A DNA stretch of 60,489 nt. It comes from an uncultured virus (IMG/VR IMGVR_UViG_3300022241_000068) (taxonomy: Duplodnaviria > Heunggongvirae > Uroviricota > Caudoviricetes). Below, in pieces: positions 35,018 through 44,700 of the stretch. Both the position numbers and the translations under genes were made by a program. The notes beneath the pieces are model-generated. The model worked only from the letters and a program-made list of their open reading frames with translations. It had not been told where the DNA came from and did no database searches. The stretch is taken from the IMG/VR virus record IMGVR_UViG_3300022241_000068. One strand, given 5' to 3'. Position 1 is the first letter of the stretch. Every line of letters starts with the position of its first letter.

Positions 35018-35163
35018 AATTTAAAATTACAAAATACAAGAATCATCGAAATGATGATAGACACATATTATCTTACAATAATATTGATTACATTGAACTA
35101 TTTATGTTACATAACATAGAAGATCATATAATTGAAATTTCTAAAAATGAAATATATACTTAA
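35014..35163 (+). CDS. Array unit 19 (49 aa)
   Basis: MKFKITKYKNHR...LHNIEDHI. Confidence 0.75.
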   Translation: MKFKITKYKNHRNDDRHILSYNNIDYIELFMLHNIEDHIIEISKNEIYT

Positions 35164-35320
35164 AAATTGTAAAAATGCTGATGGAGATTGGATGTACTTT
35201 ATAACAAATTCCTATTTAGATAATGATGAATATATGGAATTTTTAAACTATTACTATCTTGAAAATCTTGAGTACTGTCTTTTAAAATATTATTATGAAA
35301 ATAAAACTAGTTATAAATAA
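35147..35320 (+). CDS. Array unit 20 (57 aa)
   Basis: MKYILKNCK...LENLEYCL. Confidence 0.75.
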   Translation: MKYILKNCKNADGDWMYFITNSYLDNDEYMEFLNYYYLENLEYCLLKYYYENKTSYK

Positions 35321-35468
35321 TAAACCTTTTCCAGCTCCGCTTTCTTATTTTAATGCATTTTCACTGAAAGTAAAAGGGAAAATTACAGTGTTAAATTGGG
35401 AATTCAATATAAAAGATATTGAAAATCAAATACAAAGAGATACTTATGCGATATACTATAAAAAATAG
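35295..35468 (+). CDS. Array unit 21 (57 aa)
   Basis: MKIKLVINNK...IKDIENQI. Confidence 0.75.
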   Translation: MKIKLVINNKPFPAPLSYFNAFSLKVKGKITVLNWEFNIKDIENQIQRDTYAIYYKK

Positions 35469-35589
35469 AAAAGAACTTCGTTATCATAATTCTGATACGC
35501 ATTTTTACATATATCATGTAACAAATTTTTATTTAAATTCATATGAATATATTTCACTCAGTACTTTAGAAAATTTATTTATAAGATGA
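35446..35589 (+). CDS. Array unit 22 (47 aa)
   Basis: MRYTIKNRK...LSTLENLF. Confidence 0.75.
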   Translation: MRYTIKNRKELRYHNSDTHFYIYHVTNFYLNSYEYISLSTLENLFIR

Positions 35590-35729
35590 ATTATAAAAAG
35601 ATATTTATTATAAAAAGACTAACATATCATGATGGGTTTGACACATTAACATTATTGTTTAAATCAGATGGTGCATATAGATATATAAATTGGAAATTTA
35701 CTATTAATGAAATTGAAAAACTTATATAA
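35586..35729 (+). CDS. Array unit 23 (47 aa)
   Basis: MNYKKIFIIKR...INEIEKLI. Confidence 0.7.
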   Translation: MNYKKIFIIKRLTYHDGFDTLTLLFKSDGAYRYINWKFTINEIEKLI

Positions 35730-35730
35730 T

Positions 35731-35907
35731 ATGTTTAAAATAAAAATGATTAATACTAGAGCAGAAGGATTTCGATGCTCTATTCATTATAATCATGAAG
35801 AACTCCTTATTCTTGGTAGCGAGTATACTAATAAAGTAACACACGGCACTAGTCTTATCTTTGATATTATAGAATATAGATTAGTTAATAGATATAGAAT
35901 TAATTAA
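35731..35907 (+). CDS. Array unit 24 (58 aa)
   Basis: MFKIKMINTR...FDIIEYRL. Confidence 0.7.
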   Translation: MFKIKMINTRAEGFRCSIHYNHEELLILGSEYTNKVTHGTSLIFDIIEYRLVNRYRIN

Positions 35908-35922
35908 TATAAAATAATTAAA

Positions 35923-36057
35923 ATGTATATCATACGTAAAAATACACTAACTAAATTTGGTTATACACTAATTAAAAAATCAAATAATTTCCATAAAGCA
36001 TGGTCAGGTATATCTTTAAGATATGCAGAATCTATTATATCACATAATAAATTATGA
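35923..36057 (+). CDS. Array unit 25 (44 aa)
   Basis: MYIIRKNT...LRYAESII. Confidence 0.7.
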   Translation: MYIIRKNTLTKFGYTLIKKSNNFHKAWSGISLRYAESIISHNKL

Positions 36058-36061
36058 GAAA

Positions 36062-36211
36062 ATGAAAAATAAAATATTTACTCTAAGAAAACCATTGTTT
36101 AATCATCATTTTATAGTTCTTATTTTATACAATCCTACAAGAGTTCTTCAAGGAGATATTGAAACATTAGAAAAACTTATAGTACATTATTATCATGAAC
36201 GTAATCCATAA
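36062..36211 (+). CDS. Array unit 26 (49 aa)
   Basis: MKNKIFTLRK...IETLEKLI. Confidence 0.7.
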   Translation: MKNKIFTLRKPLFNHHFIVLILYNPTRVLQGDIETLEKLIVHYYHERNP

Positions 36212-36413
36212 AAGTTTATCATCAGATATATATGAATTAAAGTCTACTAGAAATAATATTACAATGCCATACAAAACTATTATACCTACTCTTGAAAAAG
36301 TTAAAGTTTATGAAATATATATTAATAATGGGAAAGATTTACTTGAAATAGGGTACGAAATATCCTATGTGGAATATCATTTAAAATTACTTCTTAAATC
36401 AAATAAAATATGA
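36195..36413 (+). CDS. Array unit 27 (72 aa)
   Basis: MNVIHK...MPYKTII...ISYVEYHL. Confidence 0.7.
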   Translation: MNVIHKSLSSDIYELKSTRNNITMPYKTIIPTLEKVKVYEIYINNGKDLLEIGYEISYVEYHLKLLLKSNKI

Positions 36414-36577
36414 AATGCATTTTTAAAAATGTAAAAGGGAAAGGTTACTATAGTTATTTTATTACTAATTTATATACTATTTTATATCCCAGAGACGTAC
36501 TTGTTGATCCATCTAGTGGAACTTATATGCAGATATCTTCTTTAGAAGAATTAGTAGATTTTCACAAACAGATTTAA
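36410..36577 (+). CDS. Array unit 28 (55 aa)
   Basis: MKCIFKNVK...ISSLEELV. Confidence 0.75.
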   Translation: MKCIFKNVKGKGYYSYFITNLYTILYPRDVLVDPSSGTYMQISSLEELVDFHKQI

Positions 36578-36592
36578 AGAATGGTTTAAAGA

Positions 36593-36751
36593 ATGGAAAA
36601 TAATAAAATCAAAATAATCAAGCATTCTTCTGGATATACCCTCTTTCCAAAACCTTTAAGATTTGATATATATGAAAATTTTTGTGTAATGTTAACAGGA
36701 ACTTCTGATCTTAACATCAAAGATGTAGAAAGATTTATAAAAACTATGTAA
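36593..36751 (+). CDS. Array unit 29 (52 aa)
   Basis: MENNKIKIIKH...IKDVERFI. Confidence 0.7.
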   Translation: MENNKIKIIKHSSGYTLFPKPLRFDIYENFCVMLTGTSDLNIKDVERFIKTM

Positions 36752-36763
36752 AATAATTATAAT

Positions 36764-37075
36764 ATGAAAATAGAAAAATACATTGAAATTTTAGAAAAAT
36801 TAAAATCTAAAATTATACCTATGACAGGGTATAAAGAATTAAATTACAACTCTAAATGTTTAGCAATAGAGAAGTTTAATTATCTGGTTACAGATAAAAC
36901 ATATGATAAAATATGTAAAAAATTACATAAAGAATTCGTAAAAGAATTAGAACTAGATGAGCAAAGAAGTTCTGAAGAATATGTAACTATTCAGAAACTA
37001 GTATCTCAAAAGATAAAAGTTGGCACTCAAGAAGAAGTTAGTAAAAACTTAGAAATAAATAAAATTATAACTTAA
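36764..37075 (+). CDS. Hypothetical protein, last gene of the + strand run
   Basis: 103 aa; its stop overlaps the convergent gene's stop in a shared TTAA at 37072-37075. Confidence 0.75.
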   Translation: MKIEKYIEILEKLKSKIIPMTGYKELNYNSKCLAIEKFNYLVTDKTYDKICKKLHKEFVKELELDEQRSSEEYVTIQKLVSQKIKVGTQEEVSKNLEINKIIT

Positions 37076-40000
37076 TTTTCTTCTTTGTTAGATTTTTTAT
37101 CAGGAAGGGCTATCATTGATTTAGATTCAGGATAATCAGTAGTACTTTTTGCTATAGGGAGTGCTGCAAGTTTTCCAACCATTTTAGCAACAAAACCTAA
37201 AGGAAAATTTGCAACACTATACCATTCTGTATCATTTATTAACTGGTTCTTAATATAAGTATTCTTTCCTGATATACTTGTTGCAATTGAAGTCTTTTCT
37301 TTACCTAAAGCTTCATTTATATAACCTCCATACAAGTTTTCAAACCAACCTCTTACAAGAGGTATAGATTTAATGAAGTCCTTTTGAGTTTTTGAATATC
37401 CAGCATACATTCCAGATTTTACTTCAGTAGAACCAAACATTACTTCTGAAGCAATTACAAAAGGTAATGTGAATATATTGGCAAAATTCTTAAGTTCTTC
37501 TGCACCAGAAATAGGTTCATTTATATACCTAAGAATATCAGATGCTGATACTCTAGATTCTTGTTCCATCAATGCTCTTGTAGATAAATATACAAGATAT
37601 TTTGTCCAAGGATCTTCATCATCGTCATCTCCTAGTATCATAGCATTAAGTACATAAGCTAACATAAATGTCATACTTGTAGCTGCAGCCATAAGGCTTA
37701 CTCTATAAAAACCTTCTTTAACTTCAGGTTCTGCATCTGTAAGCTTATCTCTTAATTCTACCCATTTCATAGGATTTAACAATTGGATAACATTTCCATC
37801 AAAAGGATCTAAAAATGCCTTCCAATAACCTATTTCTTTCTCTTGAGTACCATAATTAAATTGCTTACTTTTAAACCCTCTTTCTAACATTTGAAATAAC
37901 CATCCAGTGTTAATAGTACTAAACTGGAGCATTACATCATTATATGCTTGACCTTTATCAACATCCAAAGGTACACTATCTAACCTTGAAGCTATGATTT
38001 TTACTCTATTTTTGTAAAAAGCTATAGCTTCAGGTGTGACATAACTCTTATATGCCACTTTGCCGTTATTGCCATCCATGCCGTCATATAAAGTAGGTGC
38101 ACTATCAAATTCATCAACATTACGGTTAGGATTCTGCTTAACAAACAGATCCCAGGATTGCTTAGTATAAAAATTACCGTCTATAAACCTAATATTATGA
38201 GCAGTAGCAATTAATGCTTCATATTTCAAGGCAACGTCAGCAAGTCTCCATCCTCCCCAATCTACCATATTTTTATTAAATCTTAGAATCTTATTTCTAT
38301 TAGTATCTTGAAAATTACGTTCAATACTGTCCACAAGTCCTATGTCTTGAGCAATTATTGATATTTTAGACTGTTTAATAGGAGAATTTAGATCCTTGAT
38401 TACATCAGCAGAATGCTTTATAAAGAATTCCTTTTTAGCAAAGAGATTAGATTCTTTAGTATTATATTTACCTAATATAGATTCTATAGTGTTCTCAATC
38501 TGACCAGATATGTAACCTGTAATCATTGAAGGGATATTTCCTAATAATCTTTGATTTATTGTATACTTTTTAAGTGTAGAAGCAAATTTATGAAAAGCGC
38601 TTAAATGACCACCTTTATTAAACATTTCACCTTGAATAATAACCTTCTTCATATGCTCAAGCTTATGCAAAAGATAATCTTCAACCTCATCCTTACTCTT
38701 AAAGATATCAAAGATCTTATATAACCCCCCTTTTGGAACATGTGAGTCCTCTCTTTCTGTATGTTTAGCGGCTTCTATTATACCATTTAACTCTGGAAGA
38801 ACTTCCATGAATTCTCCATAATGATTAGACATTTCTGTGAACATAGATATACTTTTCACTAAATCCAAAGAAATGTTATCAGCTTCTTCTAATTTAGACA
38901 AAAATCTAATCCTTGGTCTATCTATAATTTCACTTTTTGTAGCAACTTCTATCCTATCAGCATATAACAGATCATCCTCTTTTACAGTGAAAGTATCTGT
39001 AAATTTATCATATAAACCAGCACCTTTATTCTTTTGATATAAGATGTCCATATAAGACCTAGAAATCTGCGGTAAACGATTTACTAATTCATATGAGTAA
39101 TTAAGTGGAAGTCTTTCTTGCGCCTTCTGATGAGCTTCCTTTAAAGCCTCAAGTACACTCAGAGCTTCAGGATTAGAAGTCTTAAGATTATTATACTGAG
39201 AACTTCTATAATCATTAGTTGGTATAGCAGCTCCAGTAATAGGATTTATGTTAGTAGAACCATCTGAGGGTACAGATAACTCCCCTGTATAATAAGTAAC
39301 TGTATAAGTTACATCATCTTCAATAATCTCTTTTACATGTACATTCTTGGCTAACCAGTGTTTAAACTGAGTTTTGCTCATGGAAGCTTGTCTTTTTGCT
39401 ATAATATTAGTAGCATCAGGATGAGCCATTGTATTTTTACTATACCAATCTGACCAAAGCTTATTATAAGTCTTTTCTAGCTCTTTAATATGCTTACCTA
39501 GAGGAGTTGTAGGATTATTATATCCAAATAACTCATCAATTTTCTTCTGTTCTGAAGGTATTTTTACATTGAATCCAGCTTTCCTAGATATATCTTCTAT
39601 CTTTTTGATTATATTTAAGGACCCTTCTTCTCTAGCTTTATTCCATTTTGTTATATTAAATGGATTTAACCAGTAATGAGTAGGTTTACCATTCTCATCA
39701 AGCTCTTGGAATTCTCTAGCATCATACTTTTTACCAGCAATTTTCTGTAAAAGATCTATAGATGATGAATTAGTTTTAGAATGGATAACATTTAGTACAT
39801 CCATTAACTTTTTATTATAAATACCCAATAAGTCTTCTTTAGCATTTTGTGCAGCGCCCCACTTGAAATTTAATATACCTATATTATATAGTTTAATGGT
39901 ATCCTGACTAATCCTTCTCTCCAAATCAGGATTTATTCCTACATATTGTTTAAATAAGTTTTTAACCTGGTTAGAAGCTTCATTATTCATGAAATCCTGG

Positions 40001-41745
40001 ATAGTACCCAGTTTAATCTTAGAAGCTTGTATTACTTTATTAAGTTTCTTATTGGCCTCTGGACTTAGTTCTTTGAAAGTATGATTATTAGTAAACATTC
40101 TATTCAAAGTCTCTACAATAGGAGCATATAGAGACAGAGCTTCAGTAAATCCATAATACTCTGATAATCCAAATTCTAACTGGTTATTCTTAATCTTCTG
40201 GATAGCATCTTGATAAGAATTCAGATCTTGGATAATACCTCCAACACCATCTCCATTAGGTCCAAAAAAGAACATGAATATTCCAGCTTCAAATTTCTCT
40301 TTAGAAATCTGAGCTTCAATAGATTTTATCCTATCATTAGTATCTTCTATCTTTTTGATGTTCTTTTCATCTAAAGCATCAGCTTTAATCAAAGCATATA
40401 GCTCTGTTAGATCAGCTAATCTTGTTTTTTCTGCAGGTGTAAGAGGTGTAGGAGAATTCTTTAATGTACTAATTTCAGTAGCTAACTGATTAAGATTAGA
40501 GATAGCTAATGAATTTGTTAAATCAATTTTCCTCCGTTTAAGTTCTTCATTATATAATCCTATCTTCTTTTCAGCTAACTCTTGTTTCCTAGCTTCTAAT
40601 TTATTAATTAGAGCCCTAGATAAGTTCTCTGAAAAATCAATATTATTAACTGTAATTTCTGTACCTAAGCCTAAACCTCTACTAGTTAAAGAAGACTGGA
40701 AAGAATCTGATCTTACTTCAGCTACAGATCTGTTTAATAAACTATTTAACTGATCAGTAATATCAGTTTTACTTACATTATGTGTTAAACGTATTTGCCT
40801 AAAGATCTTTCCTAGAACATAGTTTAATACTTTTTCTAATTGAGATAGTACTCTTTGAGATAAAGATTCAGATCTTACTTGGTCATAAATAGCTTGTGCC
40901 ATTAATTTACCTATGATCTCTTTATCCATCTTTTCTTGATCTCCCTTATATAGTTTATGATAATGTCTAAAATTACGTTTATATGTTTCTGTCAATTTAA
41001 AATCTTCATCAACACCATTAGACTTTAGATCTCTTATATTTTTAAATATAGGTTGGTCCCAGAACATATCTGTAAGAAAGTGGAAAGCTTCTTCTGATAA
41101 TGTAGTACCATCCTGATTATCTTTAGATACAGCTATTATATTGTTCAATAAGTCAGCAATACCTATGTCAGTAATTTCTAACCCTGTTTTCTGTTTGTAT
41201 CTTACTTTAAAGTCTTCTAGGTTTTCTACAGTTACACCTATCTTGGCTAAAATAGATTTCATAAACTTGTTAAGCTTATGATTTACTTTCATCCTGTCCT
41301 TATCATGTTCTGTTTGATGCATGAACTCAGAGTCTTCATTTAATTCCTGCTCCATAAGAGCTCTGTCTCCATTAAAGAATTGAAGATCTCTACTAAAATC
41401 TACTGGAACAGGATTCTTCTCTGTTAACTTATTAAATTCATGTTCTACATATGCAGGATTTACAAATACTTCTACCATTACAGGATTATACCTGTCTTTT
41501 TCAAAATATCTGGCTCTAACATTGTCTTTAAACTTTCTATTAATCTCCTCCATTTTAGACTTAGCAATATTTAAAGCTACTGTTCTTTTATCATTAGCTT
41601 TGTTATTTCTAACCTTCTGTGAGTTTTTTATATAAAATCTATTGTTAGTACCTTCTACAGCTCCATAAGTATATCTTTCTGCAATGAGTTCGTCATGCAC
41701 TCTTTTTAAAATTCTATTCTTTATATCTAATCTACAAGGTTTCAT
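37072..41745 (-). CDS. Large crAss-like virion cargo/ejection protein with degenerate zincin-like motif
   Basis: 1557 aa, directly downstream of the RNAP polyprotein; LSEEAFH...KEIIGK; coiled coils; hydrophobic C-terminal segments. Confidence 0.75.
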   Translation of the reverse strand: MKPCRLDIKNRILKRVHDELIAERYTYGAVEGTNNRFYIKNSQKVRNNKANDKRTVALNIAKSKMEEINRKFKDNVRARYFEKDRYNPVMVEVFVNPAYVEHEFNKLTEKNPVPVDFSRDLQFFNGDRALMEQELNEDSEFMHQTEHDKDRMKVNHKLNKFMKSILAKIGVTVENLEDFKVRYKQKTGLEITDIGIADLLNNIIAVSKDNQDGTTLSEEAFHFLTDMFWDQPIFKNIRDLKSNGVDEDFKLTETYKRNFRHYHKLYKGDQEKMDKEIIGKLMAQAIYDQVRSESLSQRVLSQLEKVLNYVLGKIFRQIRLTHNVSKTDITDQLNSLLNRSVAEVRSDSFQSSLTSRGLGLGTEITVNNIDFSENLSRALINKLEARKQELAEKKIGLYNEELKRRKIDLTNSLAISNLNQLATEISTLKNSPTPLTPAEKTRLADLTELYALIKADALDEKNIKKIEDTNDRIKSIEAQISKEKFEAGIFMFFFGPNGDGVGGIIQDLNSYQDAIQKIKNNQLEFGLSEYYGFTEALSLYAPIVETLNRMFTNNHTFKELSPEANKKLNKVIQASKIKLGTIQDFMNNEASNQVKNLFKQYVGINPDLERRISQDTIKLYNIGILNFKWGAAQNAKEDLLGIYNKKLMDVLNVIHSKTNSSSIDLLQKIAGKKYDAREFQELDENGKPTHYWLNPFNITKWNKAREEGSLNIIKKIEDISRKAGFNVKIPSEQKKIDELFGYNNPTTPLGKHIKELEKTYNKLWSDWYSKNTMAHPDATNIIAKRQASMSKTQFKHWLAKNVHVKEIIEDDVTYTVTYYTGELSVPSDGSTNINPITGAAIPTNDYRSSQYNNLKTSNPEALSVLEALKEAHQKAQERLPLNYSYELVNRLPQISRSYMDILYQKNKGAGLYDKFTDTFTVKEDDLLYADRIEVATKSEIIDRPRIRFLSKLEEADNISLDLVKSISMFTEMSNHYGEFMEVLPELNGIIEAAKHTEREDSHVPKGGLYKIFDIFKSKDEVEDYLLHKLEHMKKVIIQGEMFNKGGHLSAFHKFASTLKKYTINQRLLGNIPSMITGYISGQIENTIESILGKYNTKESNLFAKKEFFIKHSADVIKDLNSPIKQSKISIIAQDIGLVDSIERNFQDTNRNKILRFNKNMVDWGGWRLADVALKYEALIATAHNIRFIDGNFYTKQSWDLFVKQNPNRNVDEFDSAPTLYDGMDGNNGKVAYKSYVTPEAIAFYKNRVKIIASRLDSVPLDVDKGQAYNDVMLQFSTINTGWLFQMLERGFKSKQFNYGTQEKEIGYWKAFLDPFDGNVIQLLNPMKWVELRDKLTDAEPEVKEGFYRVSLMAAATSMTFMLAYVLNAMILGDDDDEDPWTKYLVYLSTRALMEQESRVSASDILRYINEPISGAEELKNFANIFTLPFVIASEVMFGSTEVKSGMYAGYSKTQKDFIKSIPLVRGWFENLYGGYINEALGKEKTSIATSISGKNTYIKNQLINDTEWYSVANFPLGFVAKMVGKLAALPIAKSTTDYPESKSMIALPDKKSNKEEN

Positions 41746-41755
41746 ATTTTATATT

Positions 41756-44700
41756 TTATGCTTCTCTCGTAGGCCCACATGCTGTTTCATCTTCATCAAG
41801 TGCAGGAGGACCTTTAATTTCTAAATCATCAGGGAATTCTTGTGTTTTTTCAACAGGAGAAAGCTGCTCATTTAACTTTCTTAAGATTTCATTTTTAATT
41901 TTTATAATACCAGGAGAAGATAAAGTAAGTATTTCTTTACCAGCATCTTTAGCAGATATATCTATAATTCTATTGTCTGTTAATACATAAACTTTCAAAT
42001 CTCCATGTTCAACTTTTCTTAAAGGATTATATCCATGTTTAACTTGAAACATATTTATAAGTTTCTCATCTACTACCTCTACACCTTTTTCATCCCTTAT
42101 AGTACCATTAGAGTATAATCCTAACTTTTGACCATTTACAATAATTTCTTTTTCAAGAGTTTCAACATTATCAGGTAAAATTTCTCTAATTTCATATTCT
42201 CTAGGTAATATAACATTGTCTGGAATTATGTTTTTAAGTTTTTCAAATAAACTTTTAATTTCTTCTATTGAATATCCAGCTAATGAACTTCCAAGTTTAG
42301 TTACTAAAAATTTCTTATTTGGATTAGCTCTAGCAAATAATATCATATTTTGTAACTCTTTACCAATTTCTGATAAACTAGATGATTTTTCAACATCCCA
42401 ATACTTTTTAGTTATTACTGCGTAAGATTGACCTTGCAACCCTTTACTTTGTCCTTGTATTGCTCCAAATTTCTGTTTAGCTAGTAAAGCAGCACCTGCG
42501 CCATGAGTAGGTTTTCCTCCTTTTGAACTACCTTCATTACTACCAAATACAAATATTTCATTTGGTTTAAGAAATGTTATATTATCAGGGGTATATTCTC
42601 TGATTGTATTTACATCTTCTTCTAATTTAGGAACTTCATTTTCTGAAATTTCAATTTCTTCAGCTTTAATCTTATCATCTTGTTTGTATGTATTATTAAC
42701 AGCTTTGGCAACACTATGTTCTGATTTAGTCTTTTCAGAATTGAGTTTATGATATTTCATCTTAAAATCTGGGTAGAAACTTTGTTCATCAGCTTTAAGA
42801 TTAAAGTTCTTAAATGCTTTAGGATTACCATTTAATCTTTGTATTTCATATACTCCAGCAGGATTCTTCTTATACAATACTGGTAAAGTAGCATTTTCAT
42901 AATATACTGTAGAATGTAAGTATTCAGGTAATGAATCACCTTCATTACTATATATGTCTAAGAGATTTTCGTTTATCGTAAAACTAATAGGTATTACACT
43001 CTTGCTTACTTCACCATTAAATTCATTAGTAAAACTTTCACTATATTCTTCTAAAGCTTCTATATGATTTTGTATATCTACGTTTCTAGTATAGAAAGGA
43101 TTTGTATATAAGATTCTTTCAGAAAGTTCTTTTTCTGACATGCTGTTCATTATATTTTTCAAATATTTAACAGGATTCTTAAATACATCTCTTACTATAC
43201 TACCTTCTTCTGTAGAAGTATAAAAACTTACAGGTAACCACTGACTAAAAGAATCAATTGTAAATCTAAAACTAGAAGTAATTAATGAATATAAACCAAG
43301 ATCTTTAGCTAAAGAAGATATTTCTTCATTAGGATCTTTCATCATCTTTTCCCATAAACTAGTTAAGTCTTCACCTTCTTCTCTACCAGGAGAAACAGCT
43401 CTACGTATTAATACTTCTTTTGTTACTTGCTCATACTTTAAAGCATTTAGAAAAGGTAAATATTCTTCATATAATTCTTTGAAATCAGATCTCTTCTTTA
43501 GATCAGCAAATCTTTTAGAGACATCTCTTATAAAGTCTTTACCTAATACTATAGAAGGACTCATTTGGAATATCATATTATATATATCCAAATCTAACAT
43601 TTTCCTATCTGATTTTTTAAACTCATCTAGTTCTAAGAACTCTGCTAAATTTGATCTTATTTGTTCAAACTCTGGAGATAGGAAACTGAAATGTTCTTTC
43701 AAATTATTAGCCTGATCCATAGCTAACTGTATATACTTATCATTGAGTTTAAGTACAGATGCATTTTCTTTTGAAAATTCATAATTAGCTGTCTCAGGAT
43801 TGAATATAATATTTGGAACAATTAGATCTAAACCTGAAATTACAGGATCCTCTTTTTCAAAGTACTTTTTAAGTAAAGAACGTATCTTATCAATTTTATT
43901 TAAGTTATCATACAGTGTAGGTCCAAATGCTGCATCAGTATCAAACTTAGTAGCAATCATTGCAGAAGTTAACTCGTCAGATATTTTAAAAAGCTCTTTA
44001 ATTTTAACTAAAGCTACTATATCTGTAGTATTAGAATTATATTGAGTTAAACCTTTTTCAAAAACACTTCTTCCAGGATTTTTATCAAATTCTTGTTTGT
44101 AAAACTCTGTAAGAGGGAGATTTCTTTCTTTGGCAAAACTCTCTATTAACTTAGGAATAGTGGTAGTATAATCTAAGTTAGTATTTATATAAATAGTTAA
44201 ATCTTTTACTATCTTCTGATTTAAGATTAACATTATATCTCCAAAAGGTATTCCTAACCTAAGAGCTGCCAATACCATAGAAACATTATTCCTGTCTATA
44301 TTAAGTTTATCCATCAAAGGATTCTTAATATGTTCAGTAGATGCAAATAATATACTAGATAGAGATTCAGAAATAAATTTATTATTTCTATTTCTCATAT
44401 TACTTAGACTAGAATATGTATGTTGTAAGAAAGTAAAAGGTTTACTTAATTTTAATCCTTCAATATTCTGTACTACTGCATGATGCTTATTATGAGAAGC
44501 AGCAATTCCAATTATCTCTCCACCCACAATAGCTTTGTTAGCTGCATATATTTGGTATATAGGATCAGATATATCCATAGGAACACTAGTATCTTCTAGA
44601 ACTACTCCTTTATCTTCAAATGCTTTTATTTGATCTCTTAACATATCAGCATTACCACCTTTATGAAATTCTTCAGCAAAGTTTCTTGTCTGAGCAATCT

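Larger units (their letters stand above)
32361..36751 (+). repeat. Tandem array of 29 diverged micro-ORFs (period about 150 bp)
   Basis: Hand-translated; units are co-oriented, mostly overlapping or abutting, and share an N-terminal basic/hydrophobic strand, Tyr-rich middle and C-terminal hxxhExxh helix. Confidence 0.88.

Noticed and set aside
2935..35039. Short - strand ORFs opposite + strand genes (e.g. 2935, 3392, 10543, 19923, 21363, 31352, 34830)
   Set aside because: They overlap better-supported + strand genes; only the 13610-15483 cassette is credible on the - strand in this span.
32361..36751. A long gene hidden by stop-codon reassignment (TAG=Gln or TGA=Trp, known in some crAss-like phages)
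   Set aside because: Most stops here are TAA, consecutive units change frame and have their own ATG, and the 16-kb and 4.7-kb genes are fully open in the standard code.
32361..36751. CRISPR array, integron cassette array or DGR target
   Set aside because: No conserved nucleotide repeat, attC-like palindrome or TR/VR pair seen; no Cas, integrase or reverse transcriptase in the window. The periodicity is at protein level.
37060..37090. Terminator between the convergent arms
   Set aside because: The two stop codons overlap in TTAA and no convincing hairpin is visible.
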